Of a stretch of DNA of 60,032 bases, positions 9,459-19,962 are shown in pieces (position 1 is the first letter of the stretch; each line of letters opens with the position of its first letter). Below the pieces are notes generated by a model. That model had not been told where the DNA came from and did not search any database. It saw only the letters and a program-made list of their open reading frames with translations. Position numbers and translations under genes: made by a program. Location: contig JALHMH010000028.1 of NCBI GenBank assembly GCA_022844165.1, positions 1 to 60,032 on the forward strand. The letters run 5' to 3'. Source of the DNA: Lysobacterales bacterium (GTDB lineage Bacteria > Pseudomonadota > Gammaproteobacteria > Xanthomonadales > SZUA-5).

Positions 9459-10561
9459 GGTTGCGCTTCCACTTGTCGCAACAACAGGCGGCCACGGTGC
9501 CAGGCCAGCAACTCGCGGCCCCAGGCGATGATCACCACTGCGGCAAACACGGCATGCACCCACCAGGTGCCGAGCAGCGCTGGGATTTTCCCGGCCACGG
9601 CCCAGATCCGCGCCAGTTCGACCAGATTCGCGTAGGTCACGTAGAGCAGGATGGCGACGACCAGTTTGTCGTAGCGCGGTTGCCGCGGCGCACCCTGCGC
9701 CATGATCGGCGCCAGCAGCAGCAACATCGCCAACACGATGGGCTGCGCCAAACGCCGTGTCAGTTCCGAACTTGCTTCGATGCTGTCCGCGTTGAGCAAG
9801 TCGCGTGTCGATTGCGACTGAATCGGATCGTCGCCCGTGTCCAGCGGTTGTTTCGGGATGGCAATATCCGCCGTCTCGAATCGGATTCGCCGGTACCCCG
9901 GTTCGCCGGGCCGGCCATCGACACGCTCGCCCGCTTCCAGGCGCAGCAGTATGTCCTCGGTGATCGGATTGACCTCGATCACTCCGCGGCGCGCGGTGAG
10001 CACCAGACGCCCGGCATCGCGCTCGCGGACCAGCATCAACTCCTCGACTTCACGCATATCGGTACTGACTCTGGCGACATACAGCACACCGGCGCCGCCG
10101 GGCAGCTCGACGAACCGGCCCGAGGTCAAACCGGCGACGGCAACCGAGCGTTGCATCGACTCGACCATGTCATGGGCGATCGCCCGGCCTGCGGGCGCGA
10201 TGAAAAATGCCAGCCCGATTTGCACCGCCACGAGCACCATGCCCATGCGCAACAGCGGGCGCAGCGTCCTCAGCGAGCTGTATCCGGCCGCCGCCAGCAC
10301 GCTCATTTCGCTGTCGCGATACAGGCGCCCGTAGGCGAGCAGCACGCCCAACAAGCTCGCCAAAGGCAGCAACAGCGTGAGCGCATCCGGAATGCGCAGC
10401 CCGATCTGACTGAACAGCAATGGCGCCGGTATTTTCCCGCGCGCAATTTTGTTGAGTACGTCGGTGAGCAAGCCGCCAAACACGACGATCAACATCACCA
10501 GCAGCACGCCGGACAGCGCTGCGATGACTTCACGTTCGAGGTAGCGATCGGCGCGCGACAT
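9455..10561 (-). CDS. lptF: LPS export ABC transporter permease LptF
   Basis: GRLYRDSEMSVLAAAG motif; divergent from pepA as usual. Confidence 0.92.
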   Translation of the reverse strand: MSRADRYLEREVIAALSGVLLVMLIVVFGGLLTDVLNKIARGKIPAPLLFSQIGLRIPDALTLLLPLASLLGVLLAYGRLYRDSEMSVLAAAGYSSLRTLRPLLRMGMVLVAVQIGLAFFIAPAGRAIAHDMVESMQRSVAVAGLTSGRFVELPGGAGVLYVARVSTDMREVEELMLVRERDAGRLVLTARRGVIEVNPITEDILLRLEAGERVDGRPGEPGYRRIRFETADIAIPKQPLDTGDDPIQSQSTRDLLNADSIEASSELTRRLAQPIVLAMLLLLAPIMAQGAPRQPRYDKLVVAILLYVTYANLVELARIWAVAGKIPALLGTWWVHAVFAAVVIIAWGRELLAWHRGRLLLRQVEAQP

Positions 10562-10597
10562 GAGAAGGCCTTGGTGGGGCTGCGGGTGGCGAAGATA

Positions 10598-10630
10598 GTG
10601 AATCGTGAACGCCGAATCGTGAATAGAAGC
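10598..10630. repeat. Degenerate GTGAATC heptamer repeats in the lptF-pepA intergenic region
   Basis: GTGAATCGTGAACGCCGAATCGTGAATAGAAGC. Confidence 0.55.
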
Positions 10631-10778
10631 GCTTGTTGGCGATTGTGGTCCCACGAATGCGGGCGATTCATTAGACTTGGCGGTTCATTGGCAATCTTAC
10701 AACGGGCACGCGAGCGGCCTGTCTGCCGCGCATCCCGATTCTATTCACGACGCATCGTCCCGACGCTCTGGAGACACC

Positions 10779-12242
10779 ATGTTGGAATTCAAACGCATCA
10801 CCCAGCGACCCAACGAAGTGGCCGCATCGCTGGTCATCGTCGGCGTGTTCGAAGAGCGGATGCTGACCAGTGCCGCAGCCGAGTTGGATGCTGCGAGCGG
10901 CGGCGTGCTGAAGCGTTTGATGGAGAGCGGCGATGTCAGCGGCCGGGTTGGATCCACGGCGCTGCTGCATCACATTTCGGGGCTGAGCGCACCGCGGGTG
11001 TTGGTCGTTGGCTTGGGCGAGCAGCGCCGTTTCGATGCGCCACGGTTCCTGCGCGCAACGCGCGACGCCCATAAAGCACTCAAAGGTCTGCCCATCGAAA
11101 CAGCGTCGTCCTATCTGACCGAAGTCGAAGTTCCGAAGAAAGACCTCGATTGGAAATTGCTGCAATCGGCGCTCGCAGCGGACTACGCGGCATATAAATA
11201 CACCGCCACGTTGAAAGCCAAACCAGAGAGGATCGAGCTGAAGTCGGTGGCGTTCAGCGCGGCGGGCGATGGCCCGATTCTGGAACGCGCAAGCGCAGTG
11301 GCCACTGGCGTACGACTGGCGCGCGAACTGGGCAATTTGCCACCGAATATCTGCAATCCTGCGTATTTGGCGGAGCAGGCGCATGCGCTGGCACGACGCC
11401 ATCCGGAAGTCGCTGTGACCATCGTCGAACGCGACGAGATGCAAACGCTCGGCATGGGCGCGCTGCTCGCGGTCGCGCAGGGATCGGAGAACCCGCCCAA
11501 GCTGGTGGTCATGGATTACAAGGGCGCTGCCGGCAAACCCGTGGTGCTGGTCGGCAAGGGCATCACATTCGATACCGGCGGCATCGATATCAAGCCCGCT
11601 GCCGGGATGGAGGAAATGAAGTTCGACATGTGCGGCGCAGCCGCGGTGTTCGGGGTCATCGAAGCGGCGGCGGCGCTCAAGCTTCCGTTGCATATCGTAG
11701 GCATCACGCCGGCTGCGGAGAACATGCCCGACGGGCGCAGCTATCGCCCTTCGGATGTCATCACCACGATGGCCGGTCACCAGGTGGAGATCCTCAATAC
11801 GGATGCAGAAGGTCGGCTCATCCTGTGCGATGCCCTGACCTACGCACAACGTTTTGAGCCCACAACGTTGATCGATATTGCAACGCTGACCGGCGCTTGC
11901 GTGGTTGCGCTCGGCTCGCATGCCAGCGGGCTGATGTCGCGCGACGACGATCTGGCGAACGAACTGCTCGCCGCAGGCGAACAAAGCCACGACCGCGCAT
12001 GGCGACTGCCGCTGTGGGAGGACTACCAGAGCCAACTCGACACCGGTTTTGCCGACTTCGCGAATATCGGCGGTAAATACGCCGGTGCGATCACCGCCGG
12101 TTGTTTCTTGAGCCGCTTTACCGATGGCCAGCGCTGGGCGCATCTGGACATCGCCGGCAGCGCCTGGGATTCGGGCCGCAAAGGCACCGCGACCGGCCGC
12201 CCGGTCGCGATGCTGATGCAGTGGTTATGCGCGATGGTGTAA
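10779..12242 (+). CDS. pepA: Leucyl aminopeptidase (M17)
   Basis: GKGITFDTGG, MKFDMCG and NTDAEGRL motifs. Confidence 0.97.
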   Translation: MLEFKRITQRPNEVAASLVIVGVFEERMLTSAAAELDAASGGVLKRLMESGDVSGRVGSTALLHHISGLSAPRVLVVGLGEQRRFDAPRFLRATRDAHKALKGLPIETASSYLTEVEVPKKDLDWKLLQSALAADYAAYKYTATLKAKPERIELKSVAFSAAGDGPILERASAVATGVRLARELGNLPPNICNPAYLAEQAHALARRHPEVAVTIVERDEMQTLGMGALLAVAQGSENPPKLVVMDYKGAAGKPVVLVGKGITFDTGGIDIKPAAGMEEMKFDMCGAAAVFGVIEAAAALKLPLHIVGITPAAENMPDGRSYRPSDVITTMAGHQVEILNTDAEGRLILCDALTYAQRFEPTTLIDIATLTGACVVALGSHASGLMSRDDDLANELLAAGEQSHDRAWRLPLWEDYQSQLDTGFADFANIGGKYAGAITAGCFLSRFTDGQRWAHLDIAGSAWDSGRKGTATGRPVAMLMQWLCAMV

Positions 12243-12243
12243 G

Positions 12244-12304
12244 AGCGTCACAGGGCTGACGCTTCGGAGACGACATTCGCGCGCGGCGCTCGAGCGCCGC
12301 GCGC
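12244..12304. terminator. Hairpins between convergent genes; possible bidirectional terminator
   Basis: AGCGTCA-N6-TGACGCT at 12244-12263 and a perfect 26-bp palindrome at 12279-12304; no clear U-tract. Confidence 0.4.
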
Positions 12305-12315
12305 TGCCGATTCAA

Positions 12316-14610
12316 CTATGGGCAGACGTTCTGATACAGGCACGCCACCCACTCGGGGCGATCAACAAACGGGTTGCGATTGCCCTGATAGTTGAAGATC
12401 ACTTCATTGCGCAGGCGTTCGCGGTCGTCGACCGGATCCTCCTGATGCCACTGAATCAGGGTAGCGAGCAATCCCATGTAAGCGACTGACGCGTTGCCGC
12501 TGCTCTGGGTAATCAGCGAGGCATTGTCGGTCAGTCGCAGATCGGGTTCAGACACGCCGGTGCCGCTGTGCGTGCCGCCCTCGTAGCGGACATCCATGTA
12601 GAACATCGCGCGCGCCACATTGCCCTTGAGTCTGGTCCAGACTTGCCAGTAATTCCCACAACGGAAATTGCTTTGCCCCGCGCCGCCCTGGCCAAAATAC
12701 ACGTTCGTTGCGAACTGCTCTGATCCCGAAGGACAGTTGTTGAACACCAGATTGCCGCGCGCCGAGTTGTGACTGATGTCCGAGAGCATCAGCATATGTG
12801 TGTCGCTGTAAGGGTAATTGGTCGATCCATCGTTCGGGAAACCCAGCGACTTCGGCCAGGTGTGTTCGCGGTTGTAGCTGGAATTGCCACCACCGACCTT
12901 GGCATAGCTGGCGTTCTTGTAGATATCCAGAATGCGCGACGCGTTGAGCGGATCCTGATCGGCACGCTCCAGCACAAACCAGGTGTCGGTGCCACCGCCC
13001 GAATAGGGAATCTTGACATGGTCATCGATCACGGGGTGCAAGGTCGCACGCAGATTGGCTGCACTGGACGAATTCACGGATGCGTAATAGCCGCTGCTCG
13101 TTCCTGCTGCGCCGAAACTCATCGAGTAGTTCGCTGCCATCGGCGTCGGCGTACCATCGATGTCGCGGACATTCGCCGCGACGATCGTCAGCGTGCAACT
13201 TTCGTTCGCGGTGAAATCGACGTTCGGGTTGATCGTGTAGCTGCTGCCGGAGCCGCTCACAACCGTTGCCTTGGTGCCGGACGCAGTGCACACCAGCGTA
13301 TGCCAGCTGCCGGACAACGTCACGGCTTCCGAGAAGTTCACGACCACATTGCCATTGGTGGGGTGATTGCTGGTGCCGTTGCTCGGTGACGTGCTGCTGA
13401 CCGTGGGCGCAGTATCGCTGGTGGTCGCGTAGCTGCCGGTCAAACCGACGCCCGACACGGTGTTGTACATGCGCACCATCACATGCCAGGTGCCGGCGGC
13501 TGGGCTGGCGAAGGCACACGACTCGGCATTGCCGTTGAGATACGGGCGGCAGTCGTAACTGCTGGTCGTCGGCGCGCTGGCAAAGCGCACATACAGATCG
13601 GCATCGCCGGTGCCTCCGCTGGTAACGAAGGACAGGTTCGAAGCGCCTGCAGGCACGGACATCGTGTAGCGCCGCTCTGTGTTTGCGCTGCCGCCGATGC
13701 CGGTCACGGCAACGCCGTTCTGCAATACGCTGCTGCCTGCCGCTGCGGTGGTGAAGCTTACAGTGGCGTTGCTGACCATCGGCGCATTCGCGCTATCGCG
13801 CACATTGGCGGCATTGATCGTCAATGTGCAGGTCTCGCCAGCCGCAAAATCGGCGGTCGGATCGAGCGTTCGGCTGGCGCCGCTGCCGGTCACCGTTGCC
13901 GTGCGCGATCCGCTCGGACACGACAAGGTGTACCAGCCGCTCGACACCGTGACCGCTTCGCTGAAAGTCACGCTGAGGTTGCTGCTCGCGGCAACGCCCG
14001 TTGCACCGTTGCCCGGCGAGGAGGATTGCAGCGAAGGCGGCGTATTGGCGGTACCGCCCGTCAGCGTCTGGCCGCTGTTGCATGCGCCAAAGGAACTGGC
14101 TGACGGTGCGGCCCAGGTAAACTGGCTGTAAGCGGTGCCCGAACCGCGCAGCTGCAAAGATTGTGTTGCGAGTGTTGAGGATGACTCAGTCACACCGATG
14201 TTGCTGCTGGTGCGACCTGAAGCAAGCCCGTCGATGGCGGTGAACGTACCGCCGTAGCTCAGAAATTGCACGACGGCGTTGCTGGCGTTGATCAGCGCAA
14301 TACCATCCGGATTGCCGTTCTGAATTCCCGTGACGTTGAACGCCAGCGTGCCGTGATTGCCACATTGGTTCGGCAGCGTGCCGGAGAGATTGACCGTGCT
14401 GTACGCGCGGCCATCGCCACCGTTGTACAACACCACTTTCCAGCCACTCAAGTTGGTCCCGGCATCACCGAGAATTTCGACGCGCTCGTTAGCGTCGGTG
14501 CCGCTGTTGTCGTAGTGCAATTCGTTGATAAAAACATCGGCGTTCGCTGCCGCTGCACAAAACAGTAGCGCGCAGAAGACTGCGCGCCCGATCCAAGCAC
14601 GTCCGCTCAT
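12316..14610 (-). CDS. Secreted endonuclease I-family nuclease with lamin-tail, Ig-like and PPC domains
   Basis: Signal peptide; VFINELHYDN (LTD); two FSEAVT Ig-like repeats; GGTGDADLYV (PPC); NREHTWPKS, KGNVARAMFYMDVRY and QGNRNPFVD. Confidence 0.9.
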   Translation of the reverse strand: MSGRAWIGRAVFCALLFCAAAANADVFINELHYDNSGTDANERVEILGDAGTNLSGWKVVLYNGGDGRAYSTVNLSGTLPNQCGNHGTLAFNVTGIQNGNPDGIALINASNAVVQFLSYGGTFTAIDGLASGRTSSNIGVTESSSTLATQSLQLRGSGTAYSQFTWAAPSASSFGACNSGQTLTGGTANTPPSLQSSSPGNGATGVAASSNLSVTFSEAVTVSSGWYTLSCPSGSRTATVTGSGASRTLDPTADFAAGETCTLTINAANVRDSANAPMVSNATVSFTTAAAGSSVLQNGVAVTGIGGSANTERRYTMSVPAGASNLSFVTSGGTGDADLYVRFASAPTTSSYDCRPYLNGNAESCAFASPAAGTWHVMVRMYNTVSGVGLTGSYATTSDTAPTVSSTSPSNGTSNHPTNGNVVVNFSEAVTLSGSWHTLVCTASGTKATVVSGSGSSYTINPNVDFTANESCTLTIVAANVRDIDGTPTPMAANYSMSFGAAGTSSGYYASVNSSSAANLRATLHPVIDDHVKIPYSGGGTDTWFVLERADQDPLNASRILDIYKNASYAKVGGGNSSYNREHTWPKSLGFPNDGSTNYPYSDTHMLMLSDISHNSARGNLVFNNCPSGSEQFATNVYFGQGGAGQSNFRCGNYWQVWTRLKGNVARAMFYMDVRYEGGTHSGTGVSEPDLRLTDNASLITQSSGNASVAYMGLLATLIQWHQEDPVDDRERLRNEVIFNYQGNRNPFVDRPEWVACLYQNVCP

Positions 14611-14801
14611 CTCAAGTTCCCCAACCCGAAAAAAGGTCGCGCACTGTGCCGTTGCGGCACCCGACAGTCAATGGACGAAATTTGAAGAATTGGTTGCAGT
14701 GGCATCGACAAGAATTTTGTAGCAGTGTGCTCGGAGTCCTTTGCTGTTCCATGCCATCATGCCGTTTTAGCGCACTCGCGCAGGCGACGGAGAAGCAGAA
14801 G

Positions 14802-15512
14802 ATGAGCGTACTCGAACAATTGCTGGGTCAGCTGGATGCCGGCACCATTCAACGCATGGCCGGGCAACTCGGCGTGTCGCCACAACAGGCACAGAGCGGC
14901 ATCCAGGCCGCGCTACCGTTGCTGATGGGTGCCATGCAACGGAACGCGAGTACGCCGCAAGGCGCCGCATCGCTGCATCGCGCTGTGGTCAAGGATCATC
15001 AGGAAGTCGATTTGGGCGGGTTGTTGGGTGGCCTGCTGGGCGGCGGCGCTTCGGCTGGTGGTGGCGCCAGCGGCAGCTTCGGCGGTAACGCAATGGGCGG
15101 CCTGATGGGCGCAGTGATGGGGGCGATGGGCGGTAGCCAACCGGCGCAACGCTCGCCTATGGAAAACGGCATGGCGATTCTCGGCCACGTGTTCGGTGGC
15201 AGCCAGCCGCGCGCGGCGACGGGTGTGGCGCGCGCATCGGGCATGGACACAGGTAACGCCGCGCAGCTGATGGCGATGCTCGCCCCGCTGCTGATGGGTG
15301 CGCTGGGCAAACAGGCCAAACAAGGTGGCTTGGATGCTGGCGGCCTGGCCGGAATTCTCGGCCAGGACGTGTCGCGTATGTCGGGTGGTCAGGCCAGCCC
15401 CATGCAGTCGATGTTGGGCAACGTGCTCGACAAAGACGGCGATGGCGATGTCGATGCTGCCGACCTGCTGGCCCATGGCGCCAGTATGCTCGGCATGTTT
15501 GGTCGCCGCTAA
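14802..15512 (+). CDS. DUF937-family protein with C-terminal EF-hand-like motif
   Basis: ALPLLMGAMQRNA..GA..L, ILGHVFG, DKDGDGDVD. Confidence 0.8.
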   Translation: MSVLEQLLGQLDAGTIQRMAGQLGVSPQQAQSGIQAALPLLMGAMQRNASTPQGAASLHRAVVKDHQEVDLGGLLGGLLGGGASAGGGASGSFGGNAMGGLMGAVMGAMGGSQPAQRSPMENGMAILGHVFGGSQPRAATGVARASGMDTGNAAQLMAMLAPLLMGALGKQAKQGGLDAGGLAGILGQDVSRMSGGQASPMQSMLGNVLDKDGDGDVDAADLLAHGASMLGMFGRR

Positions 15513-15593
15513 GTCGCATCGACGTGGCGCCATTGCAATCCTGGCGCCGCGTCCCCACCTTGCCTCGCTGATGACGATCTGGAAGCCGCTGAC

Positions 15594-16457
15594 GTGTCGG
15601 ACAATCCCAATATCTTTCATGCCACTCAGGACAATTTCGAAGCCGATGTGCTCGAGGCTTCGTTCCAAACACCGGTGCTCGTCGATTTTTGGGCACCCTG
15701 GTGCGGCCCCTGCAAACAATTGATGCCGATGTTGGATAAGGTCGTCCGTGAGGCGAACGGCGCGGTGAAGTTGGCGAAGGTCAATACCGACGAAGAAATG
15801 GCGATCGCCGGCAGTTTCGGCATCCGCAGCTTGCCGACGGTAGTGTTGATCAAAGACGGTCGCCCGGTGGATGGTTTTATGGGCGCGCAGCCGGAAAGTG
15901 TGGTGCGGGCGTTGCTGGCAAAACACGTTGTCGCAAAGGCCCCTGAAGCCGAGCCAGAGCCCGAGCCGATGGTGGAGAGCGATGTCGATCTCGAGGCCGC
16001 GATTGAGGCACTGCGGGTGAAGGTGAAAGCCGAGCCCAAGAAGCACGAATTGCAGGCGGAACTGGCCGACTTGCTGTTGCGCGCGGGTGGCCTCGAAGAA
16101 GCCACAGCACTGCTCGACAAGTTGCCGGGCGATGCGCAGTCGAGCGATGTCGCGAAGCGCGCCATGGCGCGGCTGAATTTCATGCAGGCGATCGACGGCG
16201 CGCCGGGTGAGGCTGAACTGCAGGCGGCGATCGCGCGCGATGGCGCCAATCTGTTGGCCCGCTATCACCTGGGCGTGCGTTTTTTGTTGGCTGGCGAGGC
16301 AGCCGCAGGTATGGACCAGTTTCTGGTGCTGCTGCGAACCGATCGAAAGTTCAATGAAGATCAAGGACGCCGCGCGTTGATCGATGCTTTCAAACTGGTC
16401 GACGACCCTGATCTCGTCGGCGAGTACCGGCGCAAGATGACCAGCCTTTTGTTCTAG
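15594..16457 (+). CDS. cnoX: Thioredoxin-TPR chaperedoxin (CnoX/YbbN family)
   Basis: WAPWCGPC thioredoxin domain; C-terminal YRRKMTSLLF. Confidence 0.9.
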   Translation: MSDNPNIFHATQDNFEADVLEASFQTPVLVDFWAPWCGPCKQLMPMLDKVVREANGAVKLAKVNTDEEMAIAGSFGIRSLPTVVLIKDGRPVDGFMGAQPESVVRALLAKHVVAKAPEAEPEPEPMVESDVDLEAAIEALRVKVKAEPKKHELQAELADLLLRAGGLEEATALLDKLPGDAQSSDVAKRAMARLNFMQAIDGAPGEAELQAAIARDGANLLARYHLGVRFLLAGEAAAGMDQFLVLLRTDRKFNEDQGRRALIDAFKLVDDPDLVGEYRRKMTSLLF

Positions 16458-16462
16458 CTGCG

Positions 16463-16915
16463 ATGACCGCCAAGGGACTGAAGCGCCTGCTGCGCTTTTG
16501 GCCGCCTTTTTGGATGAGCGGCATTCGCCTCGTCGAAATCAGCGACGATTGGCGCCGGGCGAGCGTGCGCCTGCGCCAGCATTGGTTCAATCGCAACTAC
16601 GTCGGTACGCACTTTGGCGGCTCGCTGTTTGCGATGACCGATCCGTTCTGGATGATCATGGTCATGGAACGGCTGGGTCGAGACTATCTGGTCTGGGACA
16701 AAGCGGCCGAGATCGAGTTTGTGGCGCCCGGCCGAGGCGATGTATTCGCAAACTTTGTGCTCGACGATGCGGTCATCGACGAGCTGCGCGCGGAGGCTGC
16801 AGGTGGCGCCAAAGTGCTGCGTTGGTTTCCGGTGGATGTGATTAACAGCAGCGGCGAAATCGTCGCCCGCGTGCGCAAACAACTGTATGTGCGCTTGAAA
16901 GAGCGTATGCGATGA
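16463..16915 (+). CDS. DUF4442-family hotdog-fold protein
   Basis: NRNYVGTHFGGSLFAMTDPF and VWDKAA motifs. Confidence 0.85.
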   Translation: MTAKGLKRLLRFWPPFWMSGIRLVEISDDWRRASVRLRQHWFNRNYVGTHFGGSLFAMTDPFWMIMVMERLGRDYLVWDKAAEIEFVAPGRGDVFANFVLDDAVIDELRAEAAGGAKVLRWFPVDVINSSGEIVARVRKQLYVRLKERMR

Positions 16916-17280
16916 CACCAAAGGAACTGGTCTTGGAATGGGTGCGCCGCTTCAATGCGGGCGACGTCGAGGGTCTCGCCAGGCTGTATGCGGCGGATGC
17001 CGTGAATCATCAGGTCGTGATGGAGCCGCTCGTTGGCCGGGACGCGATTCGGCACATGTTCGCTGTCGAGTTCGGGCGTGCTTCGATGACCTGCGTGGTT
17101 GAGGCGCTCTACGAAAGCGGCGATTGGGCAATCCTGGAATGGAGCGATCCTAACGGGTTGCGCGGCTGCGGGTTTTTCCAGATTCACAATGACTACATCG
17201 TCCGACAACGCGGCTATTTCGATCAGTTATCGTTCTTCCGCAAACAGGGCTTGCCGGTGCCGGCCAGTTATCTGGCCTGA
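16912..17280 (+). CDS. SnoaL-like/NTF2-family protein
   Basis: WAILEWSDP.GLRGCGFF..QRGYFD. Confidence 0.85.
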   Translation: MTPKELVLEWVRRFNAGDVEGLARLYAADAVNHQVVMEPLVGRDAIRHMFAVEFGRASMTCVVEALYESGDWAILEWSDPNGLRGCGFFQIHNDYIVRQRGYFDQLSFFRKQGLPVPASYLA

Positions 17281-17358
17281 ACTGGCGCAACGCCCGACTT
17301 GTCGGCGCAGCCAAACCGGCTCAGTCTATGTGCTCCGCTGTTTACCCCCGAGCCCGAT

Positions 17359-17817
17359 ATGCGACTGACGATCAACGGCAAATCCACAGAAATCGAAGCG
17401 CCTGAAGACATGCCGCTGTTGTGGGCGTTGCGCGACGTGCTCGGGATGACTGGCACCAAGTACGGCTGCGGTATGGCGATTTGCGGCGCGTGTACCGTGC
17501 ATATCGACGGCGCGCCAACACGTTCCTGCCTGTTGCCGCTGAGCGCCGTTGCGGGAAAATCGATCACGACGATCGAAGGCCTCGCAAGCGGCGAGACCTT
17601 GCACAAAGTGCAGCAAGCCTGGCTCGATCACGAAGTCGCCCAATGTGGTTATTGCCAATCGGGGCAGATCATGAGCGCCGTGGCCCTGCTGCAATCCAAT
17701 TCCACGCCGAGTGACGATGAGATCGATGCGGCGATGGCCGGCAATTTGTGCCGTTGCGCCACGTACCCGCGCATCCGAGCGGCGATCCGCGCCGCCGCTG
17801 GGGAGGAAAAAGCATGA
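17359..17817 (+). CDS. (2Fe-2S)-binding subunit, IorA-like
   Basis: [22 protein letters not shown] and NLCRC motifs. Confidence 0.93.
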   Translation: MRLTINGKSTEIEAPEDMPLLWALRDVLGMTGTKYGCGMAICGACTVHIDGAPTRSCLLPLSAVAGKSITTIEGLASGETLHKVQQAWLDHEVAQCGYCQSGQIMSAVALLQSNSTPSDDEIDAAMAGNLCRCATYPRIRAAIRAAAGEEKA

Positions 17818-19946
17818 GCACGACGCGCAGACAGGTCTTGCAGGTGGGACTGTTGGCCGGCGGCGGACTCCTCATCGGCGCGCCGCTGATCGCCAAAGAG
17901 GCAGGACAAGCGAAGGCATCGGTGGCGCTGAATCCGTTTATCAGCATTGCTCGCGATGGCACGATCACGGTCTTTAGCAAACACTCGGAAATGGGTCAGG
18001 GTGTGCTCACCTCAATTGCGATGACGGTGATGGAAGAGCTCGACGGCGATTGGTCGAAAGTCGTCGCTGTGCCTGGCGACGCACGCGCCGAGTACCGACA
18101 TAGCTTATGGGGCGTGCAGGCCACGGGCGGCAGCACCACGACACACTCGTCGTTCGACCAGATGCGACAGGCTGGCGCCACGGCTCGCGCGATGTTGCTC
18201 GCAGCGGCCGCTGCCGAGTGGAAAGAACCGGTCGACAAGCTGCGCACTGAGCAGAGTTTTGTCATCGGCCGCAAGGCCGGACAGCGGCTGTCCTATGGCG
18301 AGCTCGCCGCGGCGGCCGCCGCCATGCCGGTGCCGACGCAGATCAAGCTCAAGAACAAAGACGACTTCAAGTTGATCGGCAAGTCCAAGGCGCGACTCGA
18401 CGGTCGCGCCAAAGTCACCGGCAAAGCGAACTTCGGAATCGATGTGCAAATGCCGGGGCTGCTGACGGCGCTGATCGCCCGCCCGCCAGTATTCGGCGGC
18501 AAGCCCAAAGTGATCGATAAGTCCGGGGCCAAAGCGGTTCATGGCGTGCGCCACGTGGTCGAAGTTTCAGCGGGAGTTGCCGTTGTCGGCGAGAACTTCT
18601 GGGCAGCGAAACAGGGCCTGGACGCGCTCAAGGTCGAATGGGATCTTGGCGAACACAAGAGCTTCTCGACCACCGCGCAGCGCGAGTCCTTTGATGCCTT
18701 GCTCGCGGGCGATGGCGTCGACGCCAAAGTCATCGGCGATGCGCGCGCGCTGCTCGATGGCAGCGATGCGCGTATCGAATTTGAATTCGATTTTCCGTAT
18801 TTGGCGCATGCCACGATGGAGCCGATGAACGCCACGGCGCATGTGCATGCCGATGGCGTGACGGTGTGGGCGCCGACGCAATTCCAGACCATCGATCAAA
18901 TGGCGGCCGCGGAGGTTGCCGGCGTCACAGTCGACAAGGTGGTGCTGCACACGACCTTGCTTGGTGGCGGCTTTGGCCGACGCGCCAATCCGAAGGCAGA
19001 TTTTGTACGCGAGGCGGTGGAAGTCAGTAAAGCGGTGTCCAGCCCGGTCAAAGTGATCTGGCTGCGCGAGCACGATATGCAGGGTGGTTACTACCGACCG
19101 CGGACGCGCGTTTGCGCCGTCATGTCTCTGGACGAAAAGCAGCGTCCGGCCGCGCTCGAGATCGGTGTCGCAAGCCAGTCGATCCTCGCCGGCACGCCTT
19201 TTGGTGCCGATGTCGAAAAAACCGGGCTCGATGCCAGTCAGGTCGAGGGTCTGGCCGATTGGGCCTATGCGACGCCCAACCTGCGGGTGCGTTACCACCT
19301 TGCGAAGGGTGCGGTGCCGGTGTTGTGGTGGCGCAGCGTTGGCCACAGCTTTAGCGCGTACGTCAAAGAAACGCTGATCGACGAAGCCGCCGCGCGCGCC
19401 AAGGTCGATCCGATCGATTACCGTATCGAGTTGCTGGCGGCGCATCCGCGGCAAATCGCGGTTCTCAAGAAAGTTCGCGAAGCGGCGCATTGGGGCAAAG
19501 CGCCCGAAGGCCATTTTCAGGGTGTTGCGATCCACGAAAGCTTTGGTTCGATCGTCGCTCAGGTGGCACAAGTGTCGCTGGTCGAGGGTCGCATCAAAGT
19601 CCACAAGATCACCGCCGCCATCGACTGCGGACAAGTGGTGAATCCCGACACGGTCAAAGCACAAATCATGGGCGGTGCGTTAATGGGATTGTCTGCCGCG
19701 CTGGGCGAGGCGATCACCTTCGCCGAGGGTCGGCCCGAGCAGAGCAACTTTCACAACTATCCGATTCTGCGCTTGCCCGATGCGCCCGACGTGGACGTGC
19801 ATATCGTCGCCAGCGATGGACCGATGGGTGGTGCGGGCGAGCCGGGTACGCCGCCTGTCGCACCGGCGTTAGGCAACGCGCTCGCCAAGGCGCTGGGCAG
19901 ACGCTTTGTTGAGTTGCCGTTGCCAAGATCCGTCGCGACATCATGA
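17814..19946 (+). CDS. Molybdopterin-binding subunit of the xanthine dehydrogenase family, IorB-like
   Basis: Twin-arginine-like leader (TTRRQVL); [18 protein letters not shown] and GGAGEPG motifs. Confidence 0.92.
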   Translation: MSTTRRQVLQVGLLAGGGLLIGAPLIAKEAGQAKASVALNPFISIARDGTITVFSKHSEMGQGVLTSIAMTVMEELDGDWSKVVAVPGDARAEYRHSLWGVQATGGSTTTHSSFDQMRQAGATARAMLLAAAAAEWKEPVDKLRTEQSFVIGRKAGQRLSYGELAAAAAAMPVPTQIKLKNKDDFKLIGKSKARLDGRAKVTGKANFGIDVQMPGLLTALIARPPVFGGKPKVIDKSGAKAVHGVRHVVEVSAGVAVVGENFWAAKQGLDALKVEWDLGEHKSFSTTAQRESFDALLAGDGVDAKVIGDARALLDGSDARIEFEFDFPYLAHATMEPMNATAHVHADGVTVWAPTQFQTIDQMAAAEVAGVTVDKVVLHTTLLGGGFGRRANPKADFVREAVEVSKAVSSPVKVIWLREHDMQGGYYRPRTRVCAVMSLDEKQRPAALEIGVASQSILAGTPFGADVEKTGLDASQVEGLADWAYATPNLRVRYHLAKGAVPVLWWRSVGHSFSAYVKETLIDEAAARAKVDPIDYRIELLAAHPRQIAVLKKVREAAHWGKAPEGHFQGVAIHESFGSIVAQVAQVSLVEGRIKVHKITAAIDCGQVVNPDTVKAQIMGGALMGLSAALGEAITFAEGRPEQSNFHNYPILRLPDAPDVDVHIVASDGPMGGAGEPGTPPVAPALGNALAKALGRRFVELPLPRSVATS

Positions 19947-19962
19947 GACTCCGGGCTAAGGC

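Noticed and set aside
9461-12143. Long antisense ORFs (537 aa and 490 aa, and similar ones at 14913, 23619, 27831)
   Set aside because: Shadow ORFs opposite well-supported genes, common in GC-rich DNA.
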